Below are positions 42,170 to 62,070 of a DNA stretch of 64,000 nucleotides, piece by piece. The stretch is from Eledone cirrhosa (Eukaryota). Position 1 is the first letter of the stretch. Every line of letters starts with the position of its first letter. The notes under the pieces were generated by a model that worked only from the letters and a program-made list of their open reading frames with translations, did no database searches and was not told where the DNA came from. Where the stretch lies: positions 25,854,001-25,918,000 of the forward strand of contig OZ024761.1 of NCBI GenBank assembly GCA_964016885.1, in the 5' to 3' direction. Both the position numbers and the translations under genes were made by a program.

Positions 42170-42369
42170 NNNNNNNNNNNNNNNNNNNNNNNNNNNNNNN
42201 NNNNNNNNNNNNNNNNNNNNNNNNNNNNNNNNNNNNNNNNNNNNNNNNNNNNNNNNNNNNNNNNNNNNNNNNNNNNNNNNNNNNNNNNNNNNNNNNNNNN
42301 NNNNNNNNNNNNNNNNNNNNNNNNNNNNNNNNNNNNNNNNNNNNNNNNNNNNNNNNNNNNNNNNNNNNN
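42170..42369. other. Assembly gap (200 N)
   Basis: Run of N. Confidence 1.
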
Positions 42370-42373
42370 AGTA

Positions 42374-43066
<693 letters not shown>

Positions 43067-43067
43067 T

Positions 43068-43098
<31 letters not shown>

Positions 43099-43105
43099 AT
43101 ATATT

Positions 43106-43409
<304 letters not shown>

Positions 43410-43429
43410 TATATATATTTATATATATA

Positions 43430-43630
<201 letters not shown>

Positions 43631-43631
43631 A

Positions 43632-43690
<59 letters not shown>

Positions 43691-43693
43691 AAT

Positions 43694-43744
<51 letters not shown>

Positions 43745-43745
43745 T

Positions 43746-43890
<145 letters not shown>

Positions 43891-43911
43891 ATATTTATAT
43901 ATATATAAATT

Positions 43912-43984
<73 letters not shown>

Positions 43985-44016
43985 ATATATTTATATATAA
44001 TATATATATATATATT

Positions 44017-44079
<63 letters not shown>

Positions 44080-44094
44080 ATATATATATATTTG

Positions 44095-44128
<34 letters not shown>

Positions 44129-44130
44129 TG

Positions 44131-44164
<34 letters not shown>

Positions 44165-44170
44165 TATTTT

Positions 44171-44202
<32 letters not shown>

Positions 44203-44216
44203 TATTTATATATATT

Positions 44217-44376
<160 letters not shown>

Positions 44377-44386
44377 TATATATATA

Positions 44387-44427
<41 letters not shown>

Positions 44428-44444
44428 TTATATATATATTTATT

Positions 44445-44495
<51 letters not shown>

Positions 44496-44512
44496 TTATA
44501 TATATATTTATT

Positions 44513-44564
<52 letters not shown>

Positions 44565-44568
44565 TATT

Positions 44569-44600
<32 letters not shown>

Positions 44601-44737
44601 TATTTATATATATATTATATATATATTATATATTTATATATATATATATATATTTATTTATATATATATATTATATATATATATATTATATATATATTAT
44701 ATATTTATATATATATATATTTATATATATATATTTT

Positions 44738-44804
<67 letters not shown>

Positions 44805-45171
44805 ATATTTTTATATATATATATATATACAGGTATATACTTTCATATATATATTTATATGCATATGTATATATATTTATATGCATATGTATATATACGT
44901 ACACGTACGTATATACATACATATTCTTTAATACATACATATACCTACATATATATATATATAATATATATACATACATAAATATATATATATATATATA
45001 CATACATAAATATATATATATATATATATACATAGATATATACATATACATAAATATATACAAAAATACATATATATATATACATAAATATATACAAAAA
45101 TACATATATATATATACATAAATATATACAAAAATACATATATATATATACATAAATATATACAAAAATAC

Positions 45172-45202
<31 letters not shown>

Positions 45203-45321
45203 CAAAAATACATATATATATATATATACATATATATCTACAAAAATACATATATATATATATCTACATAAATACATATATATATATATGTATATAAATA
45301 CATATATATATATACATAAAT

Positions 45322-45352
<31 letters not shown>

Positions 45353-45413
45353 CATATATATTTATAAATATATATATACATATATACATAAATACATATA
45401 TTTATATAAATAC

Positions 45414-45450
<37 letters not shown>

Positions 45451-45889
45451 CATAAATACATATATATATATATATTTATAAATATATATATACATAAATA
45501 CATATATATATATATTTATAAATATATATATACATAAATACATATATATATATATTTATAATTATATATATACATAAATACATATATATATATTTATAAA
45601 TATATATATACATAAATACATATATATATATTTATAAATATATATATACATAAATACATATATATATATTTATAAATATATATATACATAAATACATATA
45701 TATATATATAAATATATTTATACATAAATAAATATATATATACATAAATAAATATATATATACATAAATAAATATATATATATATATAAATATATATATA
45801 CATAAATAAATATATATATACATAAATAAATATATATATACATAAATACATATATACATATACATAAATACATATACATAAATACATAT

Positions 45890-45922
<33 letters not shown>

Positions 45923-46430
45923 AATATATATATATATAAATATATATATACATAAATACATATATATATAAATATATATATACATAAATACATATATTAT
46001 ATAAATATATATATACATAAATACATATATATATATAAATATATATATACATAAATACATATATATATATATATATATAAATATATATATACATAAATAC
46101 ATATATATATATATTTATATATAAATATATATATACATAAATACATATATATATATATATATATAAATATATATATACATAAATACATATATATATATAT
46201 TTATATATAAATATATATATACATAAATACATATATATATATATATATTTATATATAAATATATATATACATAAATACATATATATATATATATTTATAA
46301 ATATATATATACATAAATACATACATGTATATATAAATACATATATATATATTATATGCATATATATATATATATATATATAATAAATGCATATATATAT
46401 AAATAAATGCATATATATATACACAAATAC

Positions 46431-46461
<31 letters not shown>

Positions 46462-46470
46462 TAAATACAC

Positions 46471-46501
<31 letters not shown>

Positions 46502-46583
46502 AATACACATATATATATATATATACACATAAATACATATATATATATATATATATATACACATAAATACATATATCTATCTA

Positions 46584-46684
46584 TCTAAGCGGGTAAAATT
46601 CCCGAGATCCATGGACGAGTTCTCTCCAGCGGTCTCTGTCCCTCATTATCGCTGCCATATCCTGCATCTCCAACAGACCAGTGT
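46584..46684 (-). mobile_element. RTE LINE extreme 3' fragment
   Basis: Near-identical to 11407-11507. Confidence 0.85.
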
Positions 46685-46728
46685 ATATATACACATAAAT
46701 ACATATATATATATATACACACACATAA

Positions 46729-46773
<45 letters not shown>

Positions 46774-47819
46774 CATATATACATATATATATATACATAA
46801 ATACATATATATGAATATACACACATATATATATATATATAATACAAATATATAAATATATACTTATATACATACACATAAATATATACATAAATACATA
46901 CATATATGTATATATATATATACACATATATACATAGATACATCTGCATATATACATATGCATACATTTATGTATATATATAAATACATACATAGATGTA
47001 TATACATACATATATACATTCATATATATATATATACATGCATACATAAATATATCTATACATGCATACATATATATACATTCATACATATATAAGTATA
47101 TATTTGAGGGGACGGGTATGTATATATGCATATATATATGTATATATATATAAATATGCATATATAAATACATATATATATATATATGTAGAAATAAAAT
47201 ATAGAGTTAACTCATATATATATATATATGTACACACGCACACATACACTATATATATATATATATATACAAGCACACACACACTCTATATATATATATA
47301 TGTATATATATGTGTGTGTGTGTATACATATATACATTATACTGTATTTTCTCTCTACTCTCTCTCCTCTTTATTTAAACTAACTATCGTTGAACGTATT
47401 TGGTTTAAAGTTATAAAAATGTCCTTCCTTTTAATGCTTTAATCACCGACTATTTAACGACCTTTTTTAAAACGTTATATTTACATAAAACAGAGTTTAA
47501 ATCATTTCAAACATGGTCGCATTGAAAAAAAAAACTAAAGCATTTTTTAAATAAAATAAAATAAAAAATTACGTAAAAAGTTTTTTTTTTATTAAAATAA
47601 ATCAAAAATCTAAAATCAAATCAAATACTGAATAAAACACAACTACATTCACAAAGAGATATTGATCGTTTGTTTAATCAGCCAACCAATCAATCAGTCT
47701 ACAACATAGTATGATAAAGCAAAAATCAAATCTAAACAACATATGTGCAAATGGCAATATATATTTGTGGGTGACTTGTATTTTAAAAATATCAAAACTT
47801 ATTATTATATTTGTTTTTC

Positions 47820-50905
<3,086 letters not shown>

Positions 50906-53496
50906 GAGTGTAATGTTTTCGATTTATATCGGTGCGTATTTTAGTGAATAAAATATTATTTAGAAAAGGGCCAAATGATGTAAGAGAGGTGTTTCTGCTG
51001 TAATCACTTAAGATGTTTATCGCCTGTGGGTGACAGGTGTAGGGTTAAGTAATATTGTAATGTTTGATAAACGGAAGCGCTGGGAGCGGATGTGTTCATA
51101 TCGTATTTGGTCGACTTGCTTTAAGCGTCTGATTGGCAGAGAGTATAACAGATAAACGAGTTAATTGATTTCACTGTTGATACCAACACGCCCCAAACCT
51201 CTTGTTTGATTTACAGTTCTCACCTCTTTCTGTTTAAGCTGCTCTTCTGCAAGACTGCAACTCATAGAAGATTTATTGAGTTTTATAATGATGGAAAGAT
51301 AGGGTCCCAAGGCCTCTAATGAAAATCAACGGGTAATGAAGTATCTTGCTCAAGAATAAAATGCACCGTTCCAACCGGGAATTGAACATACAAATCTATG
51401 TGGGAGAGATCAACAAACTAAAAGCTGCTGAAGTATACTTAGCATATCATAATACGAAAATGTAATAAAAAAGAAATATAAATGATCTAATCTAATTTGG
51501 CCGAGTTTACACTCGCAAATAAAAGGAACTAGGACCACCCTTTCGTGCATTGGGTTTGGTGTACTCCATATTTGTTTCAGTTGCTGAATACAATCGGAGG
51601 TCGCTGCCTCTCCTGAAGGTCAATATATGTCTTCTAACTCGAGCGGGAGCACCTTTCCATTGTCAATTTGCATTGATCATCAGCAAAGCCGCATTATTCC
51701 AAGTCCACTACACCAGTCTTTCGGCCTTTCGATTCGTGCAGCAGGAACTACTGCCACCCATTGATTTGGCAAGGTTTTTTTTTTTAATAAAAGGATTGAT
51801 AAAAGAAAGAAAAATAAACACGAAAAAATGAAGGATTAAATGGAGAAGGGGGACAACTCTAATTTCCTAGGCACTCTATTTCAGTTGTGCTGCGCGGAGA
51901 AGTTAGAAAAAGCATTGCTGCAGTAAACAGTCAGTTTTAGACTCATTAGACGTAGGGTATAATGTCTGAAATGGAACACTGATGGTGAAAAGGTGGCATA
52001 GTGTTGTCTTCTTGTACTATGCATATGTACTATGCATATGTTCTATGGTCACAGAGGCAGATCGAGGCTGGTGAGCCAGACTAAGGTCATACCTGTATTA
52101 ATGTGGATGACCTTTCACCTCGGTTGCCGAGAAAATTATTTGAGGGTTCAAACCCGAATATCACGCCGCACTAACTAGCCAGGGTCCCCACAGACACATG
52201 CTGGGCTGACCTTAATTTTTCTTCGTCGGAGATGAGAAACAGTGCTAAACAAATTAAGGGACAACAGTTGCTTTATAAGGTCAAACCTGGCTAGTTTAGA
52301 TGTGGGGACCTGACCGAGGTCTTTGTTGCCAAATATGTACCCAGTGCATGATCCTCGCCACCCTTTCTTCAGATCAAAGCTCTAGTGATATTAAGATATG
52401 TATCTATCTGTTATTTTTCTTAGATCAAAGCCTCGTATACCTTCGCATTATATTACTTCCACGGTCGATAATATATATAAAAAAACAATTCTTATTATAT
52501 ACATAAAAGACTTGATACAATCAAATGTAAGACAAACTTATATTGTTCAGCTTGGTATCTTAGTTAGATGTTAATAAATATCATACAAATACAAAGGCAC
52601 ACAGTATATACACAGTTTTATGTTTATGTACATAAATATATTGGTTTATGCATGTTTGTGTACATACGTATATGCATATATATATATGCATGTATGTGCA
52701 TATATAGATGTGACGTTCTGTGTATATATGTCTCTAGGTGTATTTCTATATATGCATAGATATGCCTATATATATATAGTGTGTGTGTGTGTGTGTGTGT
52801 TTGCGTGTGTAGCAAAAGAGAAAGACATATACTGATAAAAAACGACAAACGAATAAGCATACTACTACTATTACTACTACTAATAATAATAATAAATGCA
52901 ACACCATTAACTACATGAAAGAAAATAACTATTGAAAAAAATGGTAAGCGATATGAGATAGCGCACATCGATTCGTCATCGATCATTGGTCGATTCTGTA
53001 CGTGGAGGTATTGGAAAAAGATTTAGCCAAGGCAAGTCTGTCTTCTTGCAAAATCAACTTTATTGAAAAGATAAAAGGGAAAAGAAAAAAAAAACAGCAG
53101 CAGCAATAACAAAAATACAATATAAAAATGGAGAGAAAAATCTGAAGAAATAAAAGGGACGGACATTAAATATGGCGGAAATATATTCAGCAAGCAGTTG
53201 GGTGGTGGACAGACGAGAACGGCAAAATATAATAGAAATATATAATATTGTAAAAAAATACATAATATCATTGTTACTACTTTTCTCACAACGTCAGCAA
53301 TTTGAAGGGAAAGGTGAAATTCGAGAAAATGGAACCATTTCGTTGTTGTTACATGTTTATATCGAACCATTAAAGATGAAAGGGAAAAGGATTGCGAACC
53401 TAGCCGGAATTTGAACTCAAAACGTAAAGGGTCGTATTTATCTGCCGAAATCCATATTGCCCATGGCTATATCGAGACTGAAAAATCTACTGCGCT

Positions 53497-53702
53497 AATA
53501 TGGTTTCTGATTTAGGACACAAGGTCAACAATTTGAGGGGTGGGGGAAAGTCAATTGAATCGACTCCAGTGCATTACTGGTGCTTTATTTCATCGACCCC
53601 GTAACAAAGAAAAACAAAGCTACAATCGGTGGGATTTGAACTCAGACTGTAAAGGGTCATAGCATGGTGTCCGACGCTCTAGCAATTATACCAATCCATC
53701 GC
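53497..53702 (-). mobile_element. SINE family A copy
   Basis: Homology to 54678-54900. Confidence 0.8.
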
Positions 53703-54102
53703 ATATTCTGCTTCAGTAATAAAGTCTGAAGAAAAGCAAAAAGTGTTCGAGATTCGTTTATATGTAATTGTTTCTACTTATGGCACAGGGCCAGCAATTA
53801 CCCAGTGCCAACAAACCAAAATGCGCAATGTGTTTTCTATGTTTAAAGTCTTGTACTATGAAGATAGTACATAGCATTAGGAATTTAAATGTATTGCACG
53901 GTTAAACATTCGTACAAGATCTTGACAGATATACATGCTATAAATACTGCAAATATAAAAGCGAGGTGACATACACACCACGAGGTGACTATACATTACA
54001 CCCAAGTTAAGTTAGTCTTAGTATACGTTCCGAAACAGCTGAACAGCCATGTCATCAGGAGTTTTAGGATATAATTGTGTTAATTAGTAGACTATACATC
54101 TA

Positions 54103-54424
54103 CGAAGGTCGGCTGAAAGGTTCATATGTTGTCTATGAAAGAGTAAGGCTAAGGCTGTGAAATCGTGGATGAATTACCGTATTCCCCGGCGTCGAAGACG
54201 CTTCAACCTCGAGGACGCGCCTTATATTGGGCCTCCAGGACGCATGGTAGATTTTTAAGACGTATTTTAAGGAAAATGTGGGGTCTTCGACGCCGGGAAA
54301 TACTGTTATTTGAGTTATTAATAACTGTATTGCATATTTCCCGGGACTATGTTAACAAAAAACCTCATTTGGTCATTCCATGAGAGTATCTTGGTTAGCC
54401 TATGACATTTTCAGCCGACTCTCT
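54103..54424. mobile_element. Tc1/mariner-type MITE (outer element)
   Basis: TIR cgaaggtcggctgaaaggttcata / tatgacattttcagccgactctct with TA flanks; uninterrupted relative at 63661-63842. Confidence 0.7.
54177..54305. mobile_element. Pogo-like MITE nested in the outer MITE
   Basis: TIR ccgtattccccggcgtcgaagac / gtcttcgacgccgggaaatactg. Confidence 0.75.
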
Positions 54425-54677
54425 TATGTCATATTCATTTCAAAGCGTATGCTTGTGTGGGTTTATTTTGGCAGTTTATTGCAATACACAATTGCTTAGG
54501 GCTGAAATCTCATTGAAATTCCAAGACTTCTTAAAGGGGTTGGGAATAGAATGCAAAATTGGTGAATTGCTAGGCCCTGAGCATATGTTAAGGAACATAT
54601 TAACTGCCTCAGATCCTTGATGGGAATTGACAGATGACTAAATACTCTGATGCATTTTTACATCTTTACTGCGTTAC

Positions 54678-54900
54678 TAATAATGGTTTCTGATTTAGGC
54701 ACAAGGCCAGCAATTTTGGGGGAGGGGAAAGTCGATTAAATCGATCCCAGTGCGTGACTGGTATTTTATTTTATCGACCCCGTAAGGATGAAACGCAAAG
54801 TTAACCTCGGCGGGATTTGAACGCAGATCATAGAGGGCCGTAACTCTTTCCTGCAAAGCATGGCATCCAACCCTCTACCGATACTGCCAATCCACAGCCC
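54678..54900 (-). mobile_element. Full-length SINE family A (long variant)
   Basis: Head tggattggcagtatcggtagag; extra cgactttcccctcccc segment. Confidence 0.9.
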
Positions 54901-54987
54901 TCTACTGCTGCATGACTAATAATGATACTATAAAGATCTGACAAAATGGAGCATTTTAAAGCCTGTACTATACCAGTCGGTGGACGT

Positions 54988-55181
54988 CAGACCTGCCAAA
55001 CTCTAAAACCTAAAAGGGGAGTAGCATGCAAAATAGTGCCCTGAAACAGGTAGTAATGAAGTAAAATGGTGAGATTTTACATATTGAAAATTATACCCAT
55101 TTTCATAAGAGAAGACATTTCTTACCCACCCAAAAGTGGGTGGATGATCTCCGTGTCGGACGGAGAATTTTGACAGGTCTG
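54988..55181. mobile_element. Putative hAT-like MITE
   Basis: TIR cagacctgccaaa / tttgacaggtctg; TSD not seen. Confidence 0.5.
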
Positions 55182-55499
55182 GCACTTGGAATGATAAGAA
55201 TTAGAACTGAAAATACCTGGGGAACCATCTCTAAAAAATCTAGAGAACATATTACTGATTGGCAGACCATGTCCTGAGAAGTGGGACATTATTTATTTAA
55301 AAACCGTACAAAGACATTTACTGGTGCTTATACCCTTAAAGCATCATTTGTATAACAATTGATTGTCAAATATATATATTATCAAATTCTACCTGGTGTG
55401 TCAGGTTGACACTTGGCAAGATATTGGAAAGCAACATAATCCAAAGGAAGTTTCAAATAATATTAATAAGGTTAATGAAGTTATTATTAACTTCGAATA

Positions 55500-55735
55500 G
55501 TCTATTTTGCCGGTCCCGGTAAAATAGACAGCTAGGCTATTTTGCCAGTAAATATAAATAGTGTTAGGTTTACGGCTACATTTTAAATTATCTTAACAAT
55601 TGGTGCTGAAGATAAAAAAACATCTGTGTTAAATCCGTGTTGTTATTTTTAATATTACCTCCTTTGATAATAATAAAAATATTTACCGGCAAATTAGCAT
55701 GGGGGTCTATTTTACAGTGACCGGCAAAGTAGCCT
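55500..55735. mobile_element. MITE with ~55-bp imperfect TIRs built from ctattttgccgg subrepeats
   Basis: gtctattttgccggtc...gtaaatat versus atatttaccggcaaa...gaccggcaaagtagcc. Confidence 0.6.
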
Positions 55736-55859
55736 CTTCCTTTATATTTTGAAAATTCTGGTATAATTTGATTCATCCTAAGACTTAAATTTCTTATAAA
55801 CAAATATCTAAGTATATATACTGAAAATAATTTCGTTGAACTAAATATTAATTTGCCTG

Positions 55860-56125
55860 CAAAATAAAATATTAAAGTGTGTTCTAGGTTATCTCTCTTG
55901 GTTTATCTTCAGGCCAACTCCTAAATATTTACATCTATGTTATGTTTATTACCATAAAATATAAACTTTTGTTGTATATTATCTCTCTCGGTATTTCGGT
56001 AGAAACATTCTAGTTATTTACCTCTAAATGTTTATTACCATAAAATATAAACGTTTCTTTTAATTTATCTCTCTGTTTTTCTTCAGGACAACTCGTAGAT
56101 ATTTATCTATATGTTACGTTTAATT
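55860..56125. repeat. Degenerate ~85-bp tandem repeat, about 3 copies
   Basis: ttatctctct...tgtttattaccataaaatataaac recurs. Confidence 0.65.
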
Positions 56126-56832
56126 CAATTCAAAGTTTAGACGCTTAACATGAATTATCAATTGTTAATACTGAGAACGGCAAGTGGAATGAGAAAAATA
56201 GTGAAATTTATTGGCCTACCTTGGCGTAATTCCATAAACGTCTTTTTGCAAGTAATCCATAAGAGGTAATTGTTAAATAAAAAGTCAATCCAAACAATTA
56301 AAGTCGAGTATCCATAAGAGGTAAACATCAGGTAAAATCCATTGTAATTAATCCAGAGCAGGTAATTAAAATCATATACGTGAACATTTGAAGAGGAATT
56401 TGTATAACAGGTATGTAACTGTCAGGTTAAACAAATTGTAATTAACTTAGAACAGGTAAATCAAGTTCGTAGAAATTGGAGTAGATTATGTATAAGTTGT
56501 GTAATCTTCATGTACAGGTCTGTAGTAAGTAATTAATAATCAATTCTGTAAAATTAAATCAAGTATGTATACAGGTAACCTTTTCAAAGGTGTCGGTTAT
56601 ATGAAATGAAATGAAATAAAATTGTGACTGAAAAATTGGGGAGGCGGCTTAGTCTCCGTTATATATCGTCACGTGATGGTTATCATCCCGTGCTAAATTT
56701 CGTCACCTGCTAGCTGAGCTGTTACTCTGCGAACGCTACTGTTTTCATTAGGTGACAAGTTCAAATCAAACCGAAATCGAATCTGAAAGATAACAAAACA
56801 TTTTATATAGTAATACATGCATATATACAAAC

Positions 56833-56872
<40 letters not shown>

Positions 56873-56874
56873 GT

Positions 56875-56953
56875 GATGTGTTGGTGTAAATGGTAGCACA
56901 GTGGTCCGGATAACCAAAGATGTGGGTTCGGCTCCCATGTACGTCAATACTCA
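56875..56953 (+). mobile_element. tRNA-like SINE head (family C)
   Basis: ggtgtaaatggtagcac...gggttcggctccc; second copy on minus strand at 59688-59760. Confidence 0.55.
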
Positions 56954-57421
56954 TCAATTTTAAATAGAACTTTTGCATATATATATGTATATATACATAT
57001 ATATATACATATATATATATATACATAATAATCCTTATCGATTCCTCTTCGGATCGGATTTCTACTGACACATGGATCGACATTCATCACAAGGGCCGAC
57101 ATATAGGGTACAATATAGTAGACGAGGTCAGTGGAAGTTTTATACAGAAATCGAGTAAAAATATAAAAATAACAATAAACCAGAAAAATACAAACACAAT
57201 ATTTATCTATCTATCTATATATATATATATATCTATATATATATATTAAAATATATATACACATATATATATATATCTATATATATATATTAAAATATAT
57301 ATACACATATATATATATATCTATATATATATATTAAAATAACAGATTAAAGTTTAGGCAACATTTGCTTTAAATTTAATCTGTTATTTTATTATATATT
57401 TGCTCTAGAGTTCTTATATAT

Positions 57422-57461
<40 letters not shown>

Positions 57462-57572
57462 CGTTAATCCAGGGCTCAGCAGTCGGGGCAAGGTACTAAA
57501 TACATAGCAGAGTATAAATATTTAATATAAAATACCTCTTACAGGATTAGGTCTGTTACATTCGGGAGAAAT

Positions 57573-57658
<86 letters not shown>

Positions 57659-58261
57659 GTGGGTATGTATGTGTATAAAAAATGTAATATATAATAACAA
57701 TATAGTAAAAAATATAATAAATATATGAAATATACAATATTAGTTTAATATTAATATAATATAAAATATATAATATAATATAATATAATGTAATATAATG
57801 TAATGTAATATAATGTAATATAGTGTAATATAATGTAAAGAAAATTGAGAGCAATATGCTTTTAAACAAATAAATCATCTGGAACCAGAAAAAGAAAATG
57901 AAAGACTTTGTATTAATAAAAGAAAACATTATAAATACAGAGACTAATATAAAAATAATAAAAATGATGAACTACAAAGACTTCTGAGAAGACGAAATGG
58001 TCAAATATCGACTCAGATATTGAATGAGGGGGAGAGACGGAAAAAAAATGAGAATAAGATAAAAATATAAAGAAATATGAATTGAAAGCAGGAAGAAAAT
58101 ATGAAAAGAAGAGAAAAGAAAAGAGTTAAGTGAGAGAAAGAAACAAAACAAAGAATAAAGAACACCAAAGCAAAGTTAGTGTCTCCTATCAAATATATAT
58201 CCATTCTGTGTGTAATAACACTTGATCAAATAACTGTCTATACACACACACACATACGTGC

Positions 58262-58451
<190 letters not shown>

Positions 58452-59013
58452 TATGTATATATATATATATATATATATGTATAAATATATATATATTTAT
58501 AGATATATACAAACACATATGTATATATATGTATATGTATATTTATATGTATATGTATATATATATATCTACAAATATATGTATAGATGCATACTTATGT
58601 AAATCTCTCTCTCTTTCTCTCTCTCTATATATATATATGCTTATATATATATGTATATGCACGTAAACTTACTTACTTACTAAGGCACAGACATATATAC
58701 ACACACATAGACAGACGCACGCAACCCGCATGTTCACACACGCACTCTAACGCATACACACACACACAGATGCTCTAATTTGTAAGGTGTTTGTTTGAGA
58801 CGAGATGTAACTGTGTTTGAGTTTATATATAGGGAGATATAAATATGCAAAGACATGGATACATAGGCAATGAAATGTGTGTGTATATATATGTATATAT
58901 ATTTATATATATATATTTAATATAGAAAAGATTTTCTATATTAAATACTTATACTCTGCTTTGTATTGAGTTCCTTAGATATTGTGGTTACCCCCGATTG
59001 AACCTGGGATAAA

Positions 59014-59056
<43 letters not shown>

Positions 59057-59058
<2 letters not shown>

Positions 59059-59228
59059 CGAAGGAGTTGTGGGGTAAGGAACCAGATGGACCATAACGCA
59101 CCAGAGTACTCAATATTTAGGGTAGTAGGAGAATATATGACCCCAACGGCAGAGCTCAAGCTGTTTCGACGGCTATTTCTGAGTCCAGAAATAGCTGTCG
59201 AAACGGCTTCAGTTCTGCCGTCGGAGGC
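59057..59228 (-). mobile_element. Fold-back element family E
   Basis: Same body, hairpin centre ttctgagtccagaa. Confidence 0.8.
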
Positions 59229-59239
59229 ATATATTTTCA

Positions 59240-59281
<42 letters not shown>

Positions 59282-59283
59282 CA

Positions 59284-59488
59284 ATCGATCGACTTTCGTC
59301 AAATCGGACCGAGGAAACAATGTTTCCGTTTGTCTTTCCAATTGCTAATACTATCTATCGGTCGCAACTCCAGGTAGAAGGAACAACGAGAAATAAAGTG
59401 TCTTGCCCAAAGATATCACGCATCGCCGGGTCAGGGATTCGAACTTACAATATCATGATTGCGAATCCAATTGTATAACGACTCAACC
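59284..59488 (-). mobile_element. SINE family B copy
   Basis: Homology to the other copies. Confidence 0.85.
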
Positions 59489-59912
59489 ATACATATATAT
59501 ACACATAGGGATGCCCTTCAAGGATGGCCTTACTGGAGAATACGCAGCTTCTTGAAACAACAGTATGTTGAGTTACAATTCCAGAATTTTATATAGCTAC
59601 TACCATTTGCTTACGCTGTATTTGACTAAATGAAATTAGTCTGTTAGTTGAGATTTTTAAAAAAAGCCCTCTTATTGGAAGAAAGCATGAGCGTTGACGT
59701 ACATGGGATACGAACCCACATCTTTGTTTTGCCGTACCAATATTTTAACTAATAGACTCATTTTATTAGACATAAGAAAATGTTACTTGGTATTTTTTTC
59801 AAATCTTCGCTGTTTATAAACAAAATATGCTTTGTATCTCTCTCTCCCCCTCTCTCTTTTATATATATATATACAAACACACACATATGTATATACAAAT
59901 GCACAGGCATGC

Positions 59913-59951
<39 letters not shown>

Positions 59952-60359
59952 TGCATGTTTGTGAATATATCTGTGTTTATGTCATTGTGACTTTACACGC
60001 ACCATATCTGTATCCTTTATCCTTCTACCCTTCTATATTTTCTCTCACTATAACAGCTTATATGTGACACATTGTTATCTGGTTTCGTTATAACTATATT
60101 ACCAGAGAAAAACAAGACGCAACATAACGAGACATCAACTACAGCAACAAAGAAAATCAAAACCAAAAAGCAAACATTCATTCCATCACTAAATGTCATG
60201 AAAATGTCAAACGAGCGATTACATTAATTATGCACGTATAAACAAGAGACTTTGTGAAATATTAAGGTAGGGTGTTGGATTAAACTGCAGTAAATAGGAG
60301 AAAACGATTAAACGATTGTAGAACAGTTTAAGTATTTTGATTTATTTGTACATGTATAT

Positions 60360-60390
<31 letters not shown>

Positions 60391-60391
<1 letters not shown>

Positions 60392-60628
60392 GGCCTTTTG
60401 ATTAATAAAAGGCCTCGGGCGCACCCGTACTACACCGATGTCCTGTAATTCAGCGCCGAAACATCGATTCGGGATATTTTACAGCTGACGATGGAAACAC
60501 CTTTCTTCCTTTCTCCTCCTGTTCCGTCCTAACCACCATCCTAAACCTTCTTTTTAGTAACCACACAGCTCCTTTCGTTTCGTAACTTTATATATATATA
60601 TATATACATACACACTTATATGTAGAAG

Positions 60629-60668
<40 letters not shown>

Positions 60669-60861
60669 TACGAAACGAAAGGAGCTGTGTGGTTACTAAA
60701 AAGAAGGTTTAGGATGGTGGTTAGGACGGAACAGGAGGAGAAAGGAAGAAAGGTGTTTCCATCGTCAGCTGTAAAATATCCCGAACCGATGTTTCGGCGC
60801 TGAATTACAGGACATCGGTGTAGTTCGGGTGCGCCCGAGGCCTTTTATTAATCAAAAGGCC

Positions 60862-60862
<1 letters not shown>
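60391..60862. mobile_element. Inverted duplication of a ~200-bp element around a TA spacer
   Basis: Arms 60391-60590 and 60663-60862 differ at 2 positions by eye; contain HHR parts. Confidence 0.85.
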
Positions 60863-60935
<73 letters not shown>

Positions 60936-61432
60936 TAATAATAATAATACAAGTACAATTTGTTAAGCCTTTATCACTTTTATTGATTGGTGACGCGCGT
61001 TTCGCTAAAGGTTCGAGCAGTAACGATATTAGCCGAGTCTGGAATCAAAAGCACATGGGACCTCTGCTGTTTAGCGGTACAGCTCGCCAATGACTTGAAC
61101 CTACACTCGAGTGCTCACCTGGATGAACCTATCTATCGGTCGCAAATCCTGGAAGGTGGAATCTAAATCGCAACCTCACAATTACGAATCCAGTTCTCTA
61201 ACCATTCACCCACACATCATGTATATAAATAGCCATCCAACCACTTAAAATGTTTCTAATATTCTGACATTTCACACCTCTTACTTTGCATGTTACATAC
61301 ACCACTCTTACTTCCATATACATCATTATCACTGACGTACATCTGAATTGTAAATGTTAAAAAATTAAATAAAATTCGGTCGTATAACCCCGTCGTAACT
61401 ACTTTAAAATGTATATATATATATATATATAT

Positions 61433-61641
61433 AACGAAGGAAATGTGGTAAGGAACCAGGTGGACCATAACGCACCAAAGTACTCAATACTTAGGGTAGT
61501 AGAGTAGGTAATAGGAACGAGTAGGACCCCGACGGCTGAGCTCAAGCCGTTTCGACGGCTAATTCTGGACTAAAAACATTTTTTAGTCAAGAATTAGCCG
61601 TCGAAACGGCTTGAGCTCAGCCATCGGGCTCCTACTCGTTG

Positions 61642-61642
<1 letters not shown>
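61433..61642 (-). mobile_element. Fold-back element family E
   Basis: Same body, spacer aaaaacattttt. Confidence 0.8.
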
Positions 61643-61705
<63 letters not shown>

Positions 61706-62070
61706 GTAGAACAGTGGAGGGTTATATCTGTAGTAGTAGCGCAATGAGTCGATGGGACGAGTTTGGTAGAAGTAGTTCCACAACAGTTAGTTTACCATAC
61801 GGGAACAAATGTTTCCCCTTACGCGGATACCTAGCTGAGAATCCGCGCATAATCGCTCCACATAATGATGTATTGTCTTCGCTTTTTTCCGTTTATTGCC
61901 AGGGAACGTCTTCATGAAGCAAAGTATCGTCTTCCTGTTTTCCTTCGGTTGCAACGTTTTTCGAAATATTTACTTCTGCGTTCGCAGATTGATTTTCTTT
62001 TAGCTTCAGAAGATCCTGTTAAGGGTGAAAGCAGCGATTCTTTGCTTATATTAATAAATGTATATATAGG

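Noticed and set aside
51640-51695. Minus-strand CTGATGA...GAAAG-gtg-CTC hammerhead-like string
   Set aside because: Stem I is not adjacent to the core and there are 5 extra nt before GAAA; compatible with chance.
56875-56953. Functional tRNA gene
   Set aside because: Cloverleaf is imperfect and a diverged second copy suggests a SINE head.
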